From the NCBI GenBank assembly GCA_021159885.1, contig JAGHDO010000057.1, forward strand, positions 1,418 to 65,417: a stretch of DNA of 64,000 nucleotides, given 5' to 3'. Origin of the DNA: Synergistota bacterium (lineage in GTDB: Bacteria; Synergistota; GBS-1). Below, piece by piece: positions 51,478 to 60,753 of the stretch. Both the position numbers and the translations under genes were made by a program. Numbering within the stretch: position 1 is the stretch's first letter; each line of letters begins with the position of its first letter. The notes beneath the pieces are model-generated. The model saw nothing but the letters and a program-made list of their open reading frames with translations. It was not told where the DNA came from and did not search any database.

Positions 51478-52356
51478 TTGCCTCAGAGGGTTTTGGCGCT
51501 CATAGGATGGCCTTGGAGTGGCCTTGCTCTCGGGGCAGCACCAGTGGCTGAGGAGCTTAAGGTGCCGATGGTCTGCACGTGGGCAACCAATCCAAAGGTA
51601 ACTGAAGGGAGAAAATACGTTTCGAGAGTTGCTTTCATAGACACCTTCGGTGGAAAGATTATAGCGACCTTCCTGGTTAAGGATAAGGGTGTTAAAAAGA
51701 TAGCTATCCTCCAAGACACGAAACAGCCTTATTCCACAGGTCTTGCCGAGTTTGCTAAGAAGGAAATAGAGGCTCTGGGAGGGACCGCGAAGATTTACTC
51801 CACTGAGACGGGCGCCTCACCTCCTGACGTAGCTAAGGTTATAGATGAGATCGTTAAGAGCAAGCCTGAGGCCGTTGTGATGACCGTTTATTCGAGAGAA
51901 GCTGCAATGAGCTTGGCTCTTCTCAAGGAGAAGGGCTTTAAGGGTATCAGGATGATGGGAGATACTGGAGGATCTCCATCTCTCTGGGAGATGTCCGGTG
52001 GGGCTGTTGATGGAATGTATTTCTATGATCACTTCCATCCAGATGGCGCTAAGACGGGAATAGCGGAGAAGTTCGTTGAGCAGTTCAGAAGCAAATATAA
52101 TAAGGAACCTTATGCTGCAGCTGCGGTTGCCTATGATGCCTATCTGATAGTATATAACGCTATAAAGAACTGTCTTAAGGATGGGAAAGAGCTGACGAGG
52201 GATAACATTAACTATTATATAAGACATACGAAAGATCTCGAAGGTGTGACCGGTAAGATCACAATAGATCCTGAAGCTGGTAATCCGACAAAGCCCGCTT
52301 TCCTTATTCAGTGGAAGGGCAACAAGCCAGTATTCCTTAAGCTTATAACTCCTTGA
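51478..52356 (+). pseudogene. 5'-truncated branched-chain amino acid ABC substrate-binding protein (LivK/LivJ-like)
   Basis: VPMVCTWATNPKVT, RVAFID, YSTGL, AAVAYDA, GVTGKITID; begins mid-domain, no signal peptide, no SD, in-frame TAG at 51451. Confidence 0.7.
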
Positions 52357-52381
52357 CAATTAATAAATAGATTGCTAAAAT
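52353..52381 (+). promoter_or_regulatory. Strong sigma70 promoter of the tRNA-tadA-SRP cluster
   Basis: TTGACA-N17-TAAAAT with TG extended -10. Confidence 0.8.
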
Positions 52382-52397
52382 CTTTACGAGAATAGGC

Positions 52398-52487
52398 GGT
52401 GAGGTGGCCGAGTAGGTCGAAGGCGCTCGCCTGCTAAGCGAGTAGAGGTAACTCCTCTCGAGGGTTCGAATCCCTCCCTCACCGCCA
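52398..52487 (+). tRNA. tRNA-Ser(GCT)
   Basis: GGTGAGG...CTCGC-CT-GCT-AA-GCGAG, long variable arm, GGTTCGAATCC, GCCA end. Confidence 0.97.
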
Positions 52488-52496
52488 TTAGGATGC

Positions 52497-52573
52497 GCGC
52501 CCGTAGCTCAACTGGATAGAGCGGTGGACTACGGATCCACTGGTTGGGGGTTCAAGTCCTCTCGGGCGCGCCA
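52497..52573 (+). tRNA. tRNA-Arg(ACG)
   Basis: GCGCCCG...GTGGA-CT-ACG-GA-TCCAC...GGTTCAAGTCC...CGGGCGC-G-CCA. Confidence 0.97.
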
Positions 52574-52587
52574 CTTAATTTAGGAAA

Positions 52588-53052
52588 ATGGATGTCTTAA
52601 ATATAGACGAGTACTTTATGAGAATTGCGCTTGAGGAAGCGAGAAAAGCGGCAGATGAGGATGAGGTTCCAGTAGGAGCGGTTGGAGTTATAGGAGATGA
52701 GATTGTAGCCAGAGCTCACAATAGGCGAGAGCAGTTGCAGGATCCCTTAGCGCATGCTGAGCTTTTTGTGATAAGGGAAGCTGCTTTAAGGCTAAGAAGC
52801 TGGCGTTTGGTTGACCTTGTTATTTATGTTACGCTTGAACCTTGTCCAATGTGTGCGGGTGCGATGGTTCAGGCGAGGATAAAGCGTCTGGTATATGGAT
52901 TGGCGGATCCTCGTTCTGGAGCTGCAGGAAGCGTTATGAATATACTTCAACATGAGAGCCTGAATCACTCCGTTGAGGTAAAAGGAGGGATTCTGGCGGA
53001 GGAAAGCAGGGAGCTTTTAAGGGCTTTTTTCTCCAGAAAAAGGAATAAGTAG
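52588..53052 (+). CDS. tadA: tRNA adenosine(34) deaminase
   Basis: EVPVGAV, HAE, TLEPCPMCAGA, LNH, FF..R. Confidence 0.97.
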   Translation: MDVLNIDEYFMRIALEEARKAADEDEVPVGAVGVIGDEIVARAHNRREQLQDPLAHAELFVIREAALRLRSWRLVDLVIYVTLEPCPMCAGAMVQARIKRLVYGLADPRSGAAGSVMNILQHESLNHSVEVKGGILAEESRELLRAFFSRKRNK

Positions 53053-53054
53053 GC

Positions 53055-53146
53055 GGAGAGATGGCCGAGGGGTCGAAGGCGCTCGATTCGAAATCGAGCA
53101 GGCGGTTGATCCCGCCTCGCGAGTTCGAATCTCGCTCTCTCCGCCA
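53055..53146 (+). tRNA. tRNA-Ser(CGA)
   Basis: GGAGAGA...CTCGA-TT-CGA-AA-TCGAG, long variable arm, GTTCGAATC, GCCA end. Confidence 0.97.
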
Positions 53147-53161
53147 TGTAGGAATAAGAGC

Positions 53162-53253
53162 GGAGAGGTGGCTGAGCGGTCGAAGGCGCTCGCCTGGAGA
53201 GCGAGTGGGCGGTTGATCCCGCCCCGGGGGTTCAAATCCCTCCCTCTCCGCCA
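53162..53253 (+). tRNA. tRNA-Ser(GGA)
   Basis: GGAGAGG...CTCGC-CT-GGA-GA-GCGAG, long variable arm, GGTTCAAATCC, GCCA end. Confidence 0.97.
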
Positions 53254-53269
53254 TTTAGTTTAGGAAAAA

Positions 53270-53548
53270 GCCGTGGTCGTGCTAGACGGGGAGGTAGCGG
53301 TGCCCTGAACCCGCAATCCGCTATAGCGGGGTTGAATTCCTATCAGAGGTTTCCTCTCATGGGAGCTGTCTCAGGTTGAAGGCGATGAAGGCTGGGTCCC
53401 GTGCGGCAGAGAGCCGTGAACCCCGCCAGGCCCGGAAGGGAGCAACGGTAAGCGGTATTCTCTGGGTGCCACGGGGGTGCTTGGCTGGAGCTGGAGGCCC
53501 GAGAAACGTCCTGGGGGAGGAAATCGACGATAGGTGCACGGCCACGGT
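53270..53548 (+). ncRNA. ffs: Large (Alu-domain) bacterial signal recognition particle RNA
   Basis: 5' CGTGCTAGACGGGGAGGTAGCGGTGCCC Alu-like start, helix 8 GCCAGGCCCGGAAGGGAGCAAC, 3' GTGCACGGCCACGG pairing with the 5' end, then a T tract. Confidence 0.95.
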
Positions 53549-53577
53549 TTCTTTTTAGGCTAAGGAGGTAGATACCG

Positions 53578-53979
53578 TTGGAAATAGAGATAAGCTTGAG
53601 AGTTAGATATGGAGAGACCGACAAAATGGGTGTTGTTTACTATGCGAGATATCTGGATTGGTTTGAGGTCGGCAGAACCGAGCTGTGTAGGAGAGCGGGA
53701 CTTCCCTATGCTGAGCTTGAAAAAATGGGGTTTTTCATGCCTGCAGTTGAAAGCTGGTGCCGTTATAAATCCCCAGCTTTTTATGATGATCTTTTGACGC
53801 TCAGAGCAAAGCTTGAGGAAATAACGGATTATTCGGTTTCGTTCTCTTATAGGGTTGAAAGAGGTGGTAAGCTGATAGCCCTTGGGAAAACTAAACACTG
53901 CTTTGTGGATAGAAATGGTAGGATGATTAAAGTTCCGAAAAGTTTTATATCTCTCTTTGGAAAGGAGGTAAATAAGTAG
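53578..53979 (+). CDS. Acyl-CoA thioesterase (YbgC/4HBT family)
   Basis: RVRYGETDKMGVVYYARYLDWFEVGR, YKSPAFYDD. Confidence 0.92.
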   Translation: MEIEISLRVRYGETDKMGVVYYARYLDWFEVGRTELCRRAGLPYAELEKMGFFMPAVESWCRYKSPAFYDDLLTLRAKLEEITDYSVSFSYRVERGGKLIALGKTKHCFVDRNGRMIKVPKSFISLFGKEVNK

Positions 53980-55779
53980 GTGGAGAAGATACTTCTTGGA
54001 AATGAAGCGATAGCGAGGGGAATAGTCGAGAGCAGCGCTGAGGTTGTGACTTCCTATCCTGGTACGCCTTCATCTGAGATACTTCCAGCTGTGGCGAGAT
54101 TTTATAAGGAAGAAGGAATAGATGCTACCGTGGAATGGTGCGTTAATGAGAAAGTGGCATTCGAAATAGCTGCTACTGCGTCCTTTGCTGGTAAAAGATC
54201 TGCGGTAGCGATGAAGCAAGTGGGGCTTAATGTAGCGTTTGATCCGTTTATGAGTGTGGCTTATACGGAACCAGCCGCGGGCTTTATAATAGTTTCAGCT
54301 GATGATCCCGGCCCTCACAGTTCTCAGACGGAGCAGGATAGCAGGTTTGCTGCTATGATGGCTAAGGTTCCCGTTTTTGATCCATCTTCGCCCCGTGAGG
54401 CCAAGGAGATGGTCAAGTTTGCGTATGAATTTTCGGAGAGACATAGGATTATGGTAATGATTAGACCTGGATTAAGGGTATGCCACGCAAGGCAAAACGT
54501 TCCACTGGAAGAGCTTTCATTCGCTCCTAAGAAAGGAGAATTCGTTAAGGATGTAAAAAGATGGGTATGTTTACCTGCTATAAGAAGGGAGCATCATAAG
54601 AGGTTAAATGATAAGCTGAGACAGATAGGTGGGGAACGAGATCCTTTTACGGTTATAGAGAACTCGGGGGAAAGCTCCTTGGGTATAATAGCAAGTGGCG
54701 TTAGCTATGCAATAGTTAAAGATATACTTGAAGGGTACTCTATAAATGCTCCGCTTCTTAAGGTAGGTAGAGCGTTTCCTATCGATGAGAGAGCGTTGAA
54801 TGAGTTTTTATCACTTTGTGATAAAGTTTTGATATTTGAGGAAACCTATCCTGTTATAGAGCTTCAAGTAGAGGAGAGAAGAAGGGTCTTAGGAAAACTG
54901 AGTGGGTATGTTCCTGGAGCGGGAGAGCTGACACCTGAGGTTATAAGGGATGTTTTGTCTAAGCATTTCCCGCTCAGCTTTGAGGGAGAGCCCCAGGGAT
55001 ATAGTGAGGCTCTATCTGAACTTGGCGTAAAGGTGAGAAAGCCCGTTTTATGCCCGGGTTGTCCCCATAGAGCTTCTTTCTTTGCCCTAAGGAGAGCTTT
55101 TCCGAAGGGAATTTACCCCAGTGATATAGGATGCTATACCCTTGGTGTGAATCAAAAAGCGGTTGATAGCGTTATCTGCATGGGCGGTGCCGTGACCATG
55201 GGTTCGGGCTTTAATGTAGCGTTGGGGGATGATGTTCCTGTCATTTCCACGATAGGGGATTCCACTTTCTATCATATGGGGGTGCCAGGCCTTATAGATG
55301 CTGTTTATAATAAGCGCAGGTTTATACTATTTGTCTTGGATAATCATATTACAGCTATGACTGGTGGGCAACCTACCCCGGAGTTTGGCGTTAATCTCAT
55401 GAAAGAGGGAGAAAAAGTTGACATGGTTAAGCTCATTAAAGGATGTGGTGTGGACTTCGTTGAGGTGGTTGATCCCTATGATATCCCCCGAACCATATCT
55501 GTGCTTAAGGAGGCAGGGGAATATGTAAAGCGGGAGAAAAAGGTAGCGGTGGTTATAGCTAAGCACCCGTGTAAGCTCCTTGAGAGAAAGAAATATGATA
55601 AAAAGATCTACGTTGATGAATCTAAGTGTACGGGTTGTAGATATTGTATAGATGAGTTCGTTTGCCCAGGATTGATATTTGACGAGGATAAAAATAAGGC
55701 CATGATAGACCCCAGATTTTGCATAAATTGTGGGGTTTGTGTTCAGGTATGTCCGGTAAAGGCTATAAAGGAGGAATGA
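53980..55779 (+). CDS. iorA: Indolepyruvate:ferredoxin oxidoreductase alpha subunit
   Basis: LGNEAIARG, YPGTPSSE, NEKVA, SSQTEQD, LCPGCPHR, DIGCY, GDSTF, TAMTGGQ, two 4Fe-4S motifs. Confidence 0.96.
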   Translation: MEKILLGNEAIARGIVESSAEVVTSYPGTPSSEILPAVARFYKEEGIDATVEWCVNEKVAFEIAATASFAGKRSAVAMKQVGLNVAFDPFMSVAYTEPAAGFIIVSADDPGPHSSQTEQDSRFAAMMAKVPVFDPSSPREAKEMVKFAYEFSERHRIMVMIRPGLRVCHARQNVPLEELSFAPKKGEFVKDVKRWVCLPAIRREHHKRLNDKLRQIGGERDPFTVIENSGESSLGIIASGVSYAIVKDILEGYSINAPLLKVGRAFPIDERALNEFLSLCDKVLIFEETYPVIELQVEERRRVLGKLSGYVPGAGELTPEVIRDVLSKHFPLSFEGEPQGYSEALSELGVKVRKPVLCPGCPHRASFFALRRAFPKGIYPSDIGCYTLGVNQKAVDSVICMGGAVTMGSGFNVALGDDVPVISTIGDSTFYHMGVPGLIDAVYNKRRFILFVLDNHITAMTGGQPTPEFGVNLMKEGEKVDMVKLIKGCGVDFVEVVDPYDIPRTISVLKEAGEYVKREKKVAVVIAKHPCKLLERKKYDKKIYVDESKCTGCRYCIDEFVCPGLIFDEDKNKAMIDPRFCINCGVCVQVCPVKAIKEE

Positions 55780-55782
55780 GTC

Positions 55783-56346
55783 ATGCAGATAGTATTTTCC
55801 GGTATAGGTGGCCAGGGAATACTTTTAGCAACACGTGTTATAGCTGAATATGCCCTATCAAAGGGCTTTAACGTTATAGGTTCTGAGGTACATGGTATGG
55901 CACAGCGAGGGGGTAGTGTGGTTTCTCACCTCAAGGTGGGGGATTATAAAAGCCCCTTAGTCGCTCAAGGTGAAGCGGATCTTTTAATTTCATTCGATTG
56001 GCATGAGGGGTTGAGAAACCTCCCTTTTCTTGCTAAAAGAGGGATAGCTCTTTTAAATAGCGATATAGGCTCGCGAATAGAGCATCCCGTTTTAAAGGAT
56101 CTCATAGAAGGAAGAGAGCTTAGGATATATATAGTGGATGGGTATAAGATAGCTCTTGGAGAGCTTAACGCTCCTATGACTCTAAATGTAGTTATGCTGG
56201 GGAAGTTAACATCGCTTCTGAGAGATAAATTTCCTCCAGAGGAGATAAAGAACGTTGTGGGGAAGATGGTTCCCACAAAATACAAAGATTTAAATTTGAG
56301 AGCCTTTGATATGGGAAGAGGAGCGGAAGTAAGGGAGGTGAGATAA
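55783..56346 (+). CDS. iorB: Indolepyruvate:ferredoxin oxidoreductase beta subunit
   Basis: GIGGQG, SEVHGMAQRGGSV, SPL, NVVMLG, NLRAF. Confidence 0.95.
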   Translation: MQIVFSGIGGQGILLATRVIAEYALSKGFNVIGSEVHGMAQRGGSVVSHLKVGDYKSPLVAQGEADLLISFDWHEGLRNLPFLAKRGIALLNSDIGSRIEHPVLKDLIEGRELRIYIVDGYKIALGELNAPMTLNVVMLGKLTSLLRDKFPPEEIKNVVGKMVPTKYKDLNLRAFDMGRGAEVREVR

Positions 56347-56349
56347 GCA

Positions 56350-57033
56350 ATGTTTTTCTTCTGGGATTGGACTTTCCTGCTATTAATTCCTGCACTTCTC
56401 TTGGCTGTTTACGCTCAAGCGAAGGTCCAATCCACCTATAGAAAATATGCTGCCGTTCCAGCTGCCGTAAGAAAACCAGCATGGATGGTAGCTCGTGAGA
56501 TCTTAGATAGAAACGGTTTGGGACATGTGGCTATAGAGATGATACCCGGAGAGCTTACGGATCACTATGATCCTCGGGCTAAGGTTTTAAGATTGTCGTC
56601 AGCGGTTTACAATAACCCATCAATAGCTGCTATAGGTATAGCTGCTCATGAAGCCGGTCATGCACTTCAACACGCTACAGGTTATCTTCCCCTTTCGATA
56701 AGAAACGCCATAGTTCCAGTGGCAAATATAGGGTCTCAACTTGCTATACCTTTCTTCTTCTTGGGATTTCTCTTTGGTATTCCAAGTCTTATGGATATAG
56801 GCATAGTTGCGTTTTCCGCTGCCGTTGTTTTCCAGCTTATAACTCTTCCGGTTGAATTCGATGCAAGCTCGAGGGCTATAAGGGTTCTTTACACGGGGGG
56901 ATTTGTTTCAAATAGAGAGAAAAAGGCAGTTGAGGAGGTTCTTGGAGCTGCTGCGTTAACCTATGTTGCTGCTACTGCTATGGCAGCGCTTCAGCTTATA
57001 AGGTTGCTTATTCTGAGGGGGGAGAGGGATTAA
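56350..57033 (+). CDS. Membrane zinc metallopeptidase (YugP family)
   Basis: GELTDHYDP, AAHEAGHALQH, TLPVEFDAS.RA, AAALTYVA. Confidence 0.93.
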   Translation: MFFFWDWTFLLLIPALLLAVYAQAKVQSTYRKYAAVPAAVRKPAWMVAREILDRNGLGHVAIEMIPGELTDHYDPRAKVLRLSSAVYNNPSIAAIGIAAHEAGHALQHATGYLPLSIRNAIVPVANIGSQLAIPFFFLGFLFGIPSLMDIGIVAFSAAVVFQLITLPVEFDASSRAIRVLYTGGFVSNREKKAVEEVLGAAALTYVAATAMAALQLIRLLILRGERD

Positions 57034-57036
57034 AGG

Positions 57037-57726
57037 TTGCCTTTACTGATTTTATTCTTACTGTTTCTGTTTTTAGCACCTTGGATGCTTCTCCCCCTTC
57101 TTTTCTTTTTCGTCATACTCGTATTTCTTTTACCCTTTGGTTTTACGCTATACTCACTTTATACGATATTAACGGTACCTGTTGAAATATGGAGAATAGC
57201 AACGAATAAGAAACTTAGGAAAAATCACGCTCTCGAACATGCTACTATTAATGTTATAGAGGAGAAGTTTGGTCCCAGCAATCTCGCAGGACTTGCCAGG
57301 AAAGAAGGCTTTTATATAAAGGGCTTGGTAGACCCGGTTCTTCTTGAGGAAGCGGCACGTGTAGCTCTCTTTCGCCTGAGAAATGGAGAGAAAAGATTAG
57401 CGGTGCATAAGAGATGTGGTACCACCATAGCCATTATAAACTTTGTGGGGGCAGTTTCCTTTCTCGCACTTCTTTTCTTAACCGGGTACTTTACCATCTT
57501 GAACGTCATAATAGCGCTTCTCGTTTCCTATCTTATAGGCCCTCTCTTGAGCCCATGGGTTCAGCTTAGGTTTACGACACTACCAGAGGTAGACGACATG
57601 GAAATAGTTGGTGTGGAGTACAAAGGACCCGATTTGCGAACGTGGGGTCTGCCTTTCTTTTATATTCCTACAGACCTTTTCGTGAGGACCATTGAGAGAA
57701 AAGATTTGGGAAAGGTATTCACTTGA
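57037..57726 (+). CDS. Membrane protein with RKNHALEHAT motif (DUF6391-like)
   Basis: LRKNHALEHATI, GF, LAVHKRCGT, several TM segments. Confidence 0.7.
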   Translation: MPLLILFLLFLFLAPWMLLPLLFFFVILVFLLPFGFTLYSLYTILTVPVEIWRIATNKKLRKNHALEHATINVIEEKFGPSNLAGLARKEGFYIKGLVDPVLLEEAARVALFRLRNGEKRLAVHKRCGTTIAIINFVGAVSFLALLFLTGYFTILNVIIALLVSYLIGPLLSPWVQLRFTTLPEVDDMEIVGVEYKGPDLRTWGLPFFYIPTDLFVRTIERKDLGKVFT

Positions 57727-58990
57727 TGTTTTAAGGAGAGTAGAAAAGGGGAGCTGGATAGAACCCCTTATAAGAACTTGGGTTGATGAAGGGAGAATTC
57801 CGCGAAAGGCTGTTGCTTTCGTTGCGGAGGTTTCTTATGGAGTAGTACGCTATTTCTATTTGCTTTCGTGGATAGCAGAAAGGATCATTGGGGAAAAAAG
57901 ATGGAAAAAGCTTCCCGGCGGAGTTAAATGGATAATACTATTGGGGCTCTATCAGCTTAGATTTCATTCGTCGGAGAAGGCGCCTTTCGTTTGTTATAGA
58001 CTTGTGGAGCTGACCAGGGAGCTTTTTCACTCTGGTTTGGCGAAGCTTGTAAATGCTGTTTTGAGATCTTATCTAAGGGATAGAATATCTCCTGAGGAGG
58101 GAGATATTGCTACTCTATATTCGTACCCGCGCTGGCTCGTTGAGGATCTGCTGGAATTCTTTCAAGATAAGAGATACGTCATCAGACTCCTTGAGAGGGG
58201 AAATAGAAGACCTAAGCTTTATATTAAGGTTAATCTAAGTAAAATTAGCGAGGAGAAGTTCGCTTATCTTCTTGCCGATAGTGGGGTAGAGTTTGAAAAG
58301 GTAGGTTTTCTTACAGGGGCTTTTCTGTTGAAGGAAGGCGTTTTTCCCGCTCGACTTCCTGGTTGGAAGGAGGGCTTTTTCTGGCTGGAGGGGTTATGCT
58401 CCATGCTTGCGGTAGATGCTCTTGAACCGGGAGAGGGTGATAAGGTTTTGGATCTATGTGCGGGAAGGGGAGTGAAATCGGCAGATATCGCTCAGCGTCT
58501 TGAGAAAAAGGGAGTTCTTATTTCCATTGACTATTATTGCTGGAAGCTTAAAGAGCTTAAAAGACTGCTTAGGAAACTTGGCTTTTCTCCTGATGCAGTT
58601 ATCGCCATGGATTTAACCCTCCCTAATCCGGGTTTTTCAAATTGGGCTTCTAAGATTATGCTCGATGTTCCATGCTCTAATCTTGCTGATCTTGGAGGAA
58701 AGCCAGAGATAAAACTTAGATTAAATCGTCAAAACCTTATGGAGCTTGTTTCTCTCCAGGAGCGATTGCTCAACGTCGCATCAGATTATCTAAGGCGAGG
58801 AGGGAGGCTTGTTTATTCTACATGTACTTTTCATCCTGCGGAGAACGAGAGAATCGTCAAGGATTTTCTAGCTGCTCATCCGGAATATGAATCTATGGCA
58901 ATTGATGGCATTGATAGGTTTTCAGATAGAATAACCGAGTATGGGTATTATATAGAGGATGGATTTTTTGCCCTCCTTAGAAGGAGGTGA
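57692..58990 (+). CDS. rsmB: 16S rRNA (C967-C5) methyltransferase RsmB/Sun with NusB-like domain
   Basis: LGLYQL, VNAVLR, DLCAGRGVK, DVPCS, YSTCT...ENE, DGFF. Confidence 0.9.
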   Translation: MREKIWERYSLDVLRRVEKGSWIEPLIRTWVDEGRIPRKAVAFVAEVSYGVVRYFYLLSWIAERIIGEKRWKKLPGGVKWIILLGLYQLRFHSSEKAPFVCYRLVELTRELFHSGLAKLVNAVLRSYLRDRISPEEGDIATLYSYPRWLVEDLLEFFQDKRYVIRLLERGNRRPKLYIKVNLSKISEEKFAYLLADSGVEFEKVGFLTGAFLLKEGVFPARLPGWKEGFFWLEGLCSMLAVDALEPGEGDKVLDLCAGRGVKSADIAQRLEKKGVLISIDYYCWKLKELKRLLRKLGFSPDAVIAMDLTLPNPGFSNWASKIMLDVPCSNLADLGGKPEIKLRLNRQNLMELVSLQERLLNVASDYLRRGGRLVYSTCTFHPAENERIVKDFLAAHPEYESMAIDGIDRFSDRITEYGYYIEDGFFALLRRR

Positions 58991-58996
58991 GGTAAG

Positions 58997-60094
58997 TTGA
59001 AGAGGGTAGTGTTTCTACTTTTTCTGCTTATAGGTGGTCTTGCGGGGTTTCTTTATGTCTATCTTGGTATAGGAGCTCCGAAGGTTATAGTCCCTCCATT
59101 AGTTGGAAAGGAACTAACTTCTGCAACTAAGCTTTTGAATTCCATAGGGCTTCACCTTAAAGTTACTGGGGAAGAATCAAGCACAACTTTTCCTCCTAAT
59201 TATATAGTTTCTCAGAAGCCTTTACCCGGGCTAAGTGTTAAAAAGGGAAGCGTTATAGAAGTTGTCATAAGCGGAAAAGGAGATATGGTAGAAGTTCCCG
59301 ATCTCGTGGGACACAAGCTGAGCGAGGTTTTGGTCTTTATAAAAGAAGCGGGGCTCGTTCTCGGAGATGTTGTGAAGATAAATTACTTGCTTGCGGCTGA
59401 TAATGTGGTTTTAGGACAATCCGTATCCCCTCATAGGAGGGTTCGAAGGGGTAGTAAAATAGATTTGCTTGTGAGTCTTGGTCCTGTGACGAATAAGGTT
59501 TCCGCACCTGATCTTATAGGCATGAGCGTTAAACAGGCAAAAAGGGTTCTTCAAGATGCAGGGCTTAAGTTAGGTAAGGTTTTTGAAAGGGTGCAGAGCG
59601 GGACACCTGGTGTTATCATAGCTCAGTCTCCCAGGCCTTATACTGAGGTTCCGCTTGGAAGCGAGGTGGATATAACAGTGAGGAAGGCTTCACCGGCTGC
59701 TGCTTCTCAGCCCCCAGGTGAGGAATCTACTCAAGCAACGGCAGAAACGCAGTCCCAGCTTCCTCAGAGTGGAGCAACGTCTCTTGCTTCCATCCCGGGA
59801 ACTGAGATTCCCTCAGCAACCGCACCTCAGGAGAAGAAGGAAAAGATAGGAATGATTATACCAAAGGGAACTCGCTTAATAGATTTTACATTTAAGGTGC
59901 CTCCAGGTAAGAGGGAGAAACTCGTGGAGATAATACAGATAGATGTTAAGGGAGAGCATCTTGTTTTTAGGAGGAAGTGCAAGCCTGGTGAGATTATAAG
60001 CTTGAGATTACCGGCTTTTGGTGATAATGTAATAAGGGTTCTGGTTGATGGAAAATTTTATTCGGAGGATAGGTATCCATGGAAGAAAAGGTGA
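58997..60094 (+). CDS. Membrane-anchored triple PASTA-domain protein (no kinase domain)
   Basis: N-terminal TM, three repeats VPPLVG/VPDLVG/APDLIG...Q.P, S/T/Q-rich linker. Confidence 0.88.
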   Translation: MKRVVFLLFLLIGGLAGFLYVYLGIGAPKVIVPPLVGKELTSATKLLNSIGLHLKVTGEESSTTFPPNYIVSQKPLPGLSVKKGSVIEVVISGKGDMVEVPDLVGHKLSEVLVFIKEAGLVLGDVVKINYLLAADNVVLGQSVSPHRRVRRGSKIDLLVSLGPVTNKVSAPDLIGMSVKQAKRVLQDAGLKLGKVFERVQSGTPGVIIAQSPRPYTEVPLGSEVDITVRKASPAAASQPPGEESTQATAETQSQLPQSGATSLASIPGTEIPSATAPQEKKEKIGMIIPKGTRLIDFTFKVPPGKREKLVEIIQIDVKGEHLVFRRKCKPGEIISLRLPAFGDNVIRVLVDGKFYSEDRYPWKKR

Positions 60095-60753
60095 GAATTG
60101 CTCCTTCAATTTTGGCGGCAGATCTTTTATCACTGGGTGAGGTGCTTTCTCAGATATCCAGCGAGGTCGATCTACTTCACTTGGATATCATGGATGGCCA
60201 TTTCGTTCCTAACTTATCGTTTGGGCCCAAGCTCGCTTCTGACATAAGAAAGCGCTTTCACTCTGAATTCCTTCTCGAGGTTCATCTTATGGTTGATCAG
60301 CCTTCCCACTGGGCGAGTATATTTGCTGAAAAAGGGGGGGACATAATAATCTTTCACTGGGAAGCGGAGAAGCACCCCTTGAGGCTAATAAGAAGCATAA
60401 AGGGCAAGGGGAAAAAAGCTGGAATAGCTTTTAATCCGGCTACCTTATGGGAGGAGGCGAAGCTCATACTTCCAGAATTAGACTATGTTCTTGTGATGAG
60501 CGTAGATCCCGGTTTTAGCGGTCAATCTTTTATACCATGGATAATATCTAAGATTGAAACTTTAAGAGAGTACAGAGATAAAGAGGGTCTAAGTTTTGAA
60601 ATCGTGGTTGATGGAGGGGTTAATGTAGAAAACGCTTCTCTACTGAGGAAAGCAGGAGCTACCGTTTTGGTAGGTGGGGCGTCGATATTTTATGCAGATG
60701 ATCCCGTTAGAGCGATAAGAGCGTTAAGGGGGGATCGCGTGGATGTCAGATAA
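60079..60753 (+). CDS. rpe: Ribulose-phosphate 3-epimerase
   Basis: IAPSILAAD, HLDIMDGHFVPN, HLMV, MSVDPGFSGQ, VDGGVN. Confidence 0.97.
   Translation: MEEKVRIAPSILAADLLSLGEVLSQISSEVDLLHLDIMDGHFVPNLSFGPKLASDIRKRFHSEFLLEVHLMVDQPSHWASIFAEKGGDIIIFHWEAEKHPLRLIRSIKGKGKKAGIAFNPATLWEEAKLILPELDYVLVMSVDPGFSGQSFIPWIISKIETLREYRDKEGLSFEIVVDGGVNVENASLLRKAGATVLVGGASIFYADDPVRAIRALRGDRVDVR

Noticed and set aside
53101-53223. Exact 16-bp repeat GGCGGTTGATCCCGCC (53101 and 53208), possible att site or CRISPR repeat
   Set aside because: It is the shared variable arm of two complete tRNA-Ser genes; no integrase or spacers
52934-53624. ORFs of 60-106 aa across the tRNA/SRP cluster
   Set aside because: They are shadows of tRNA-Ser genes and SRP RNA
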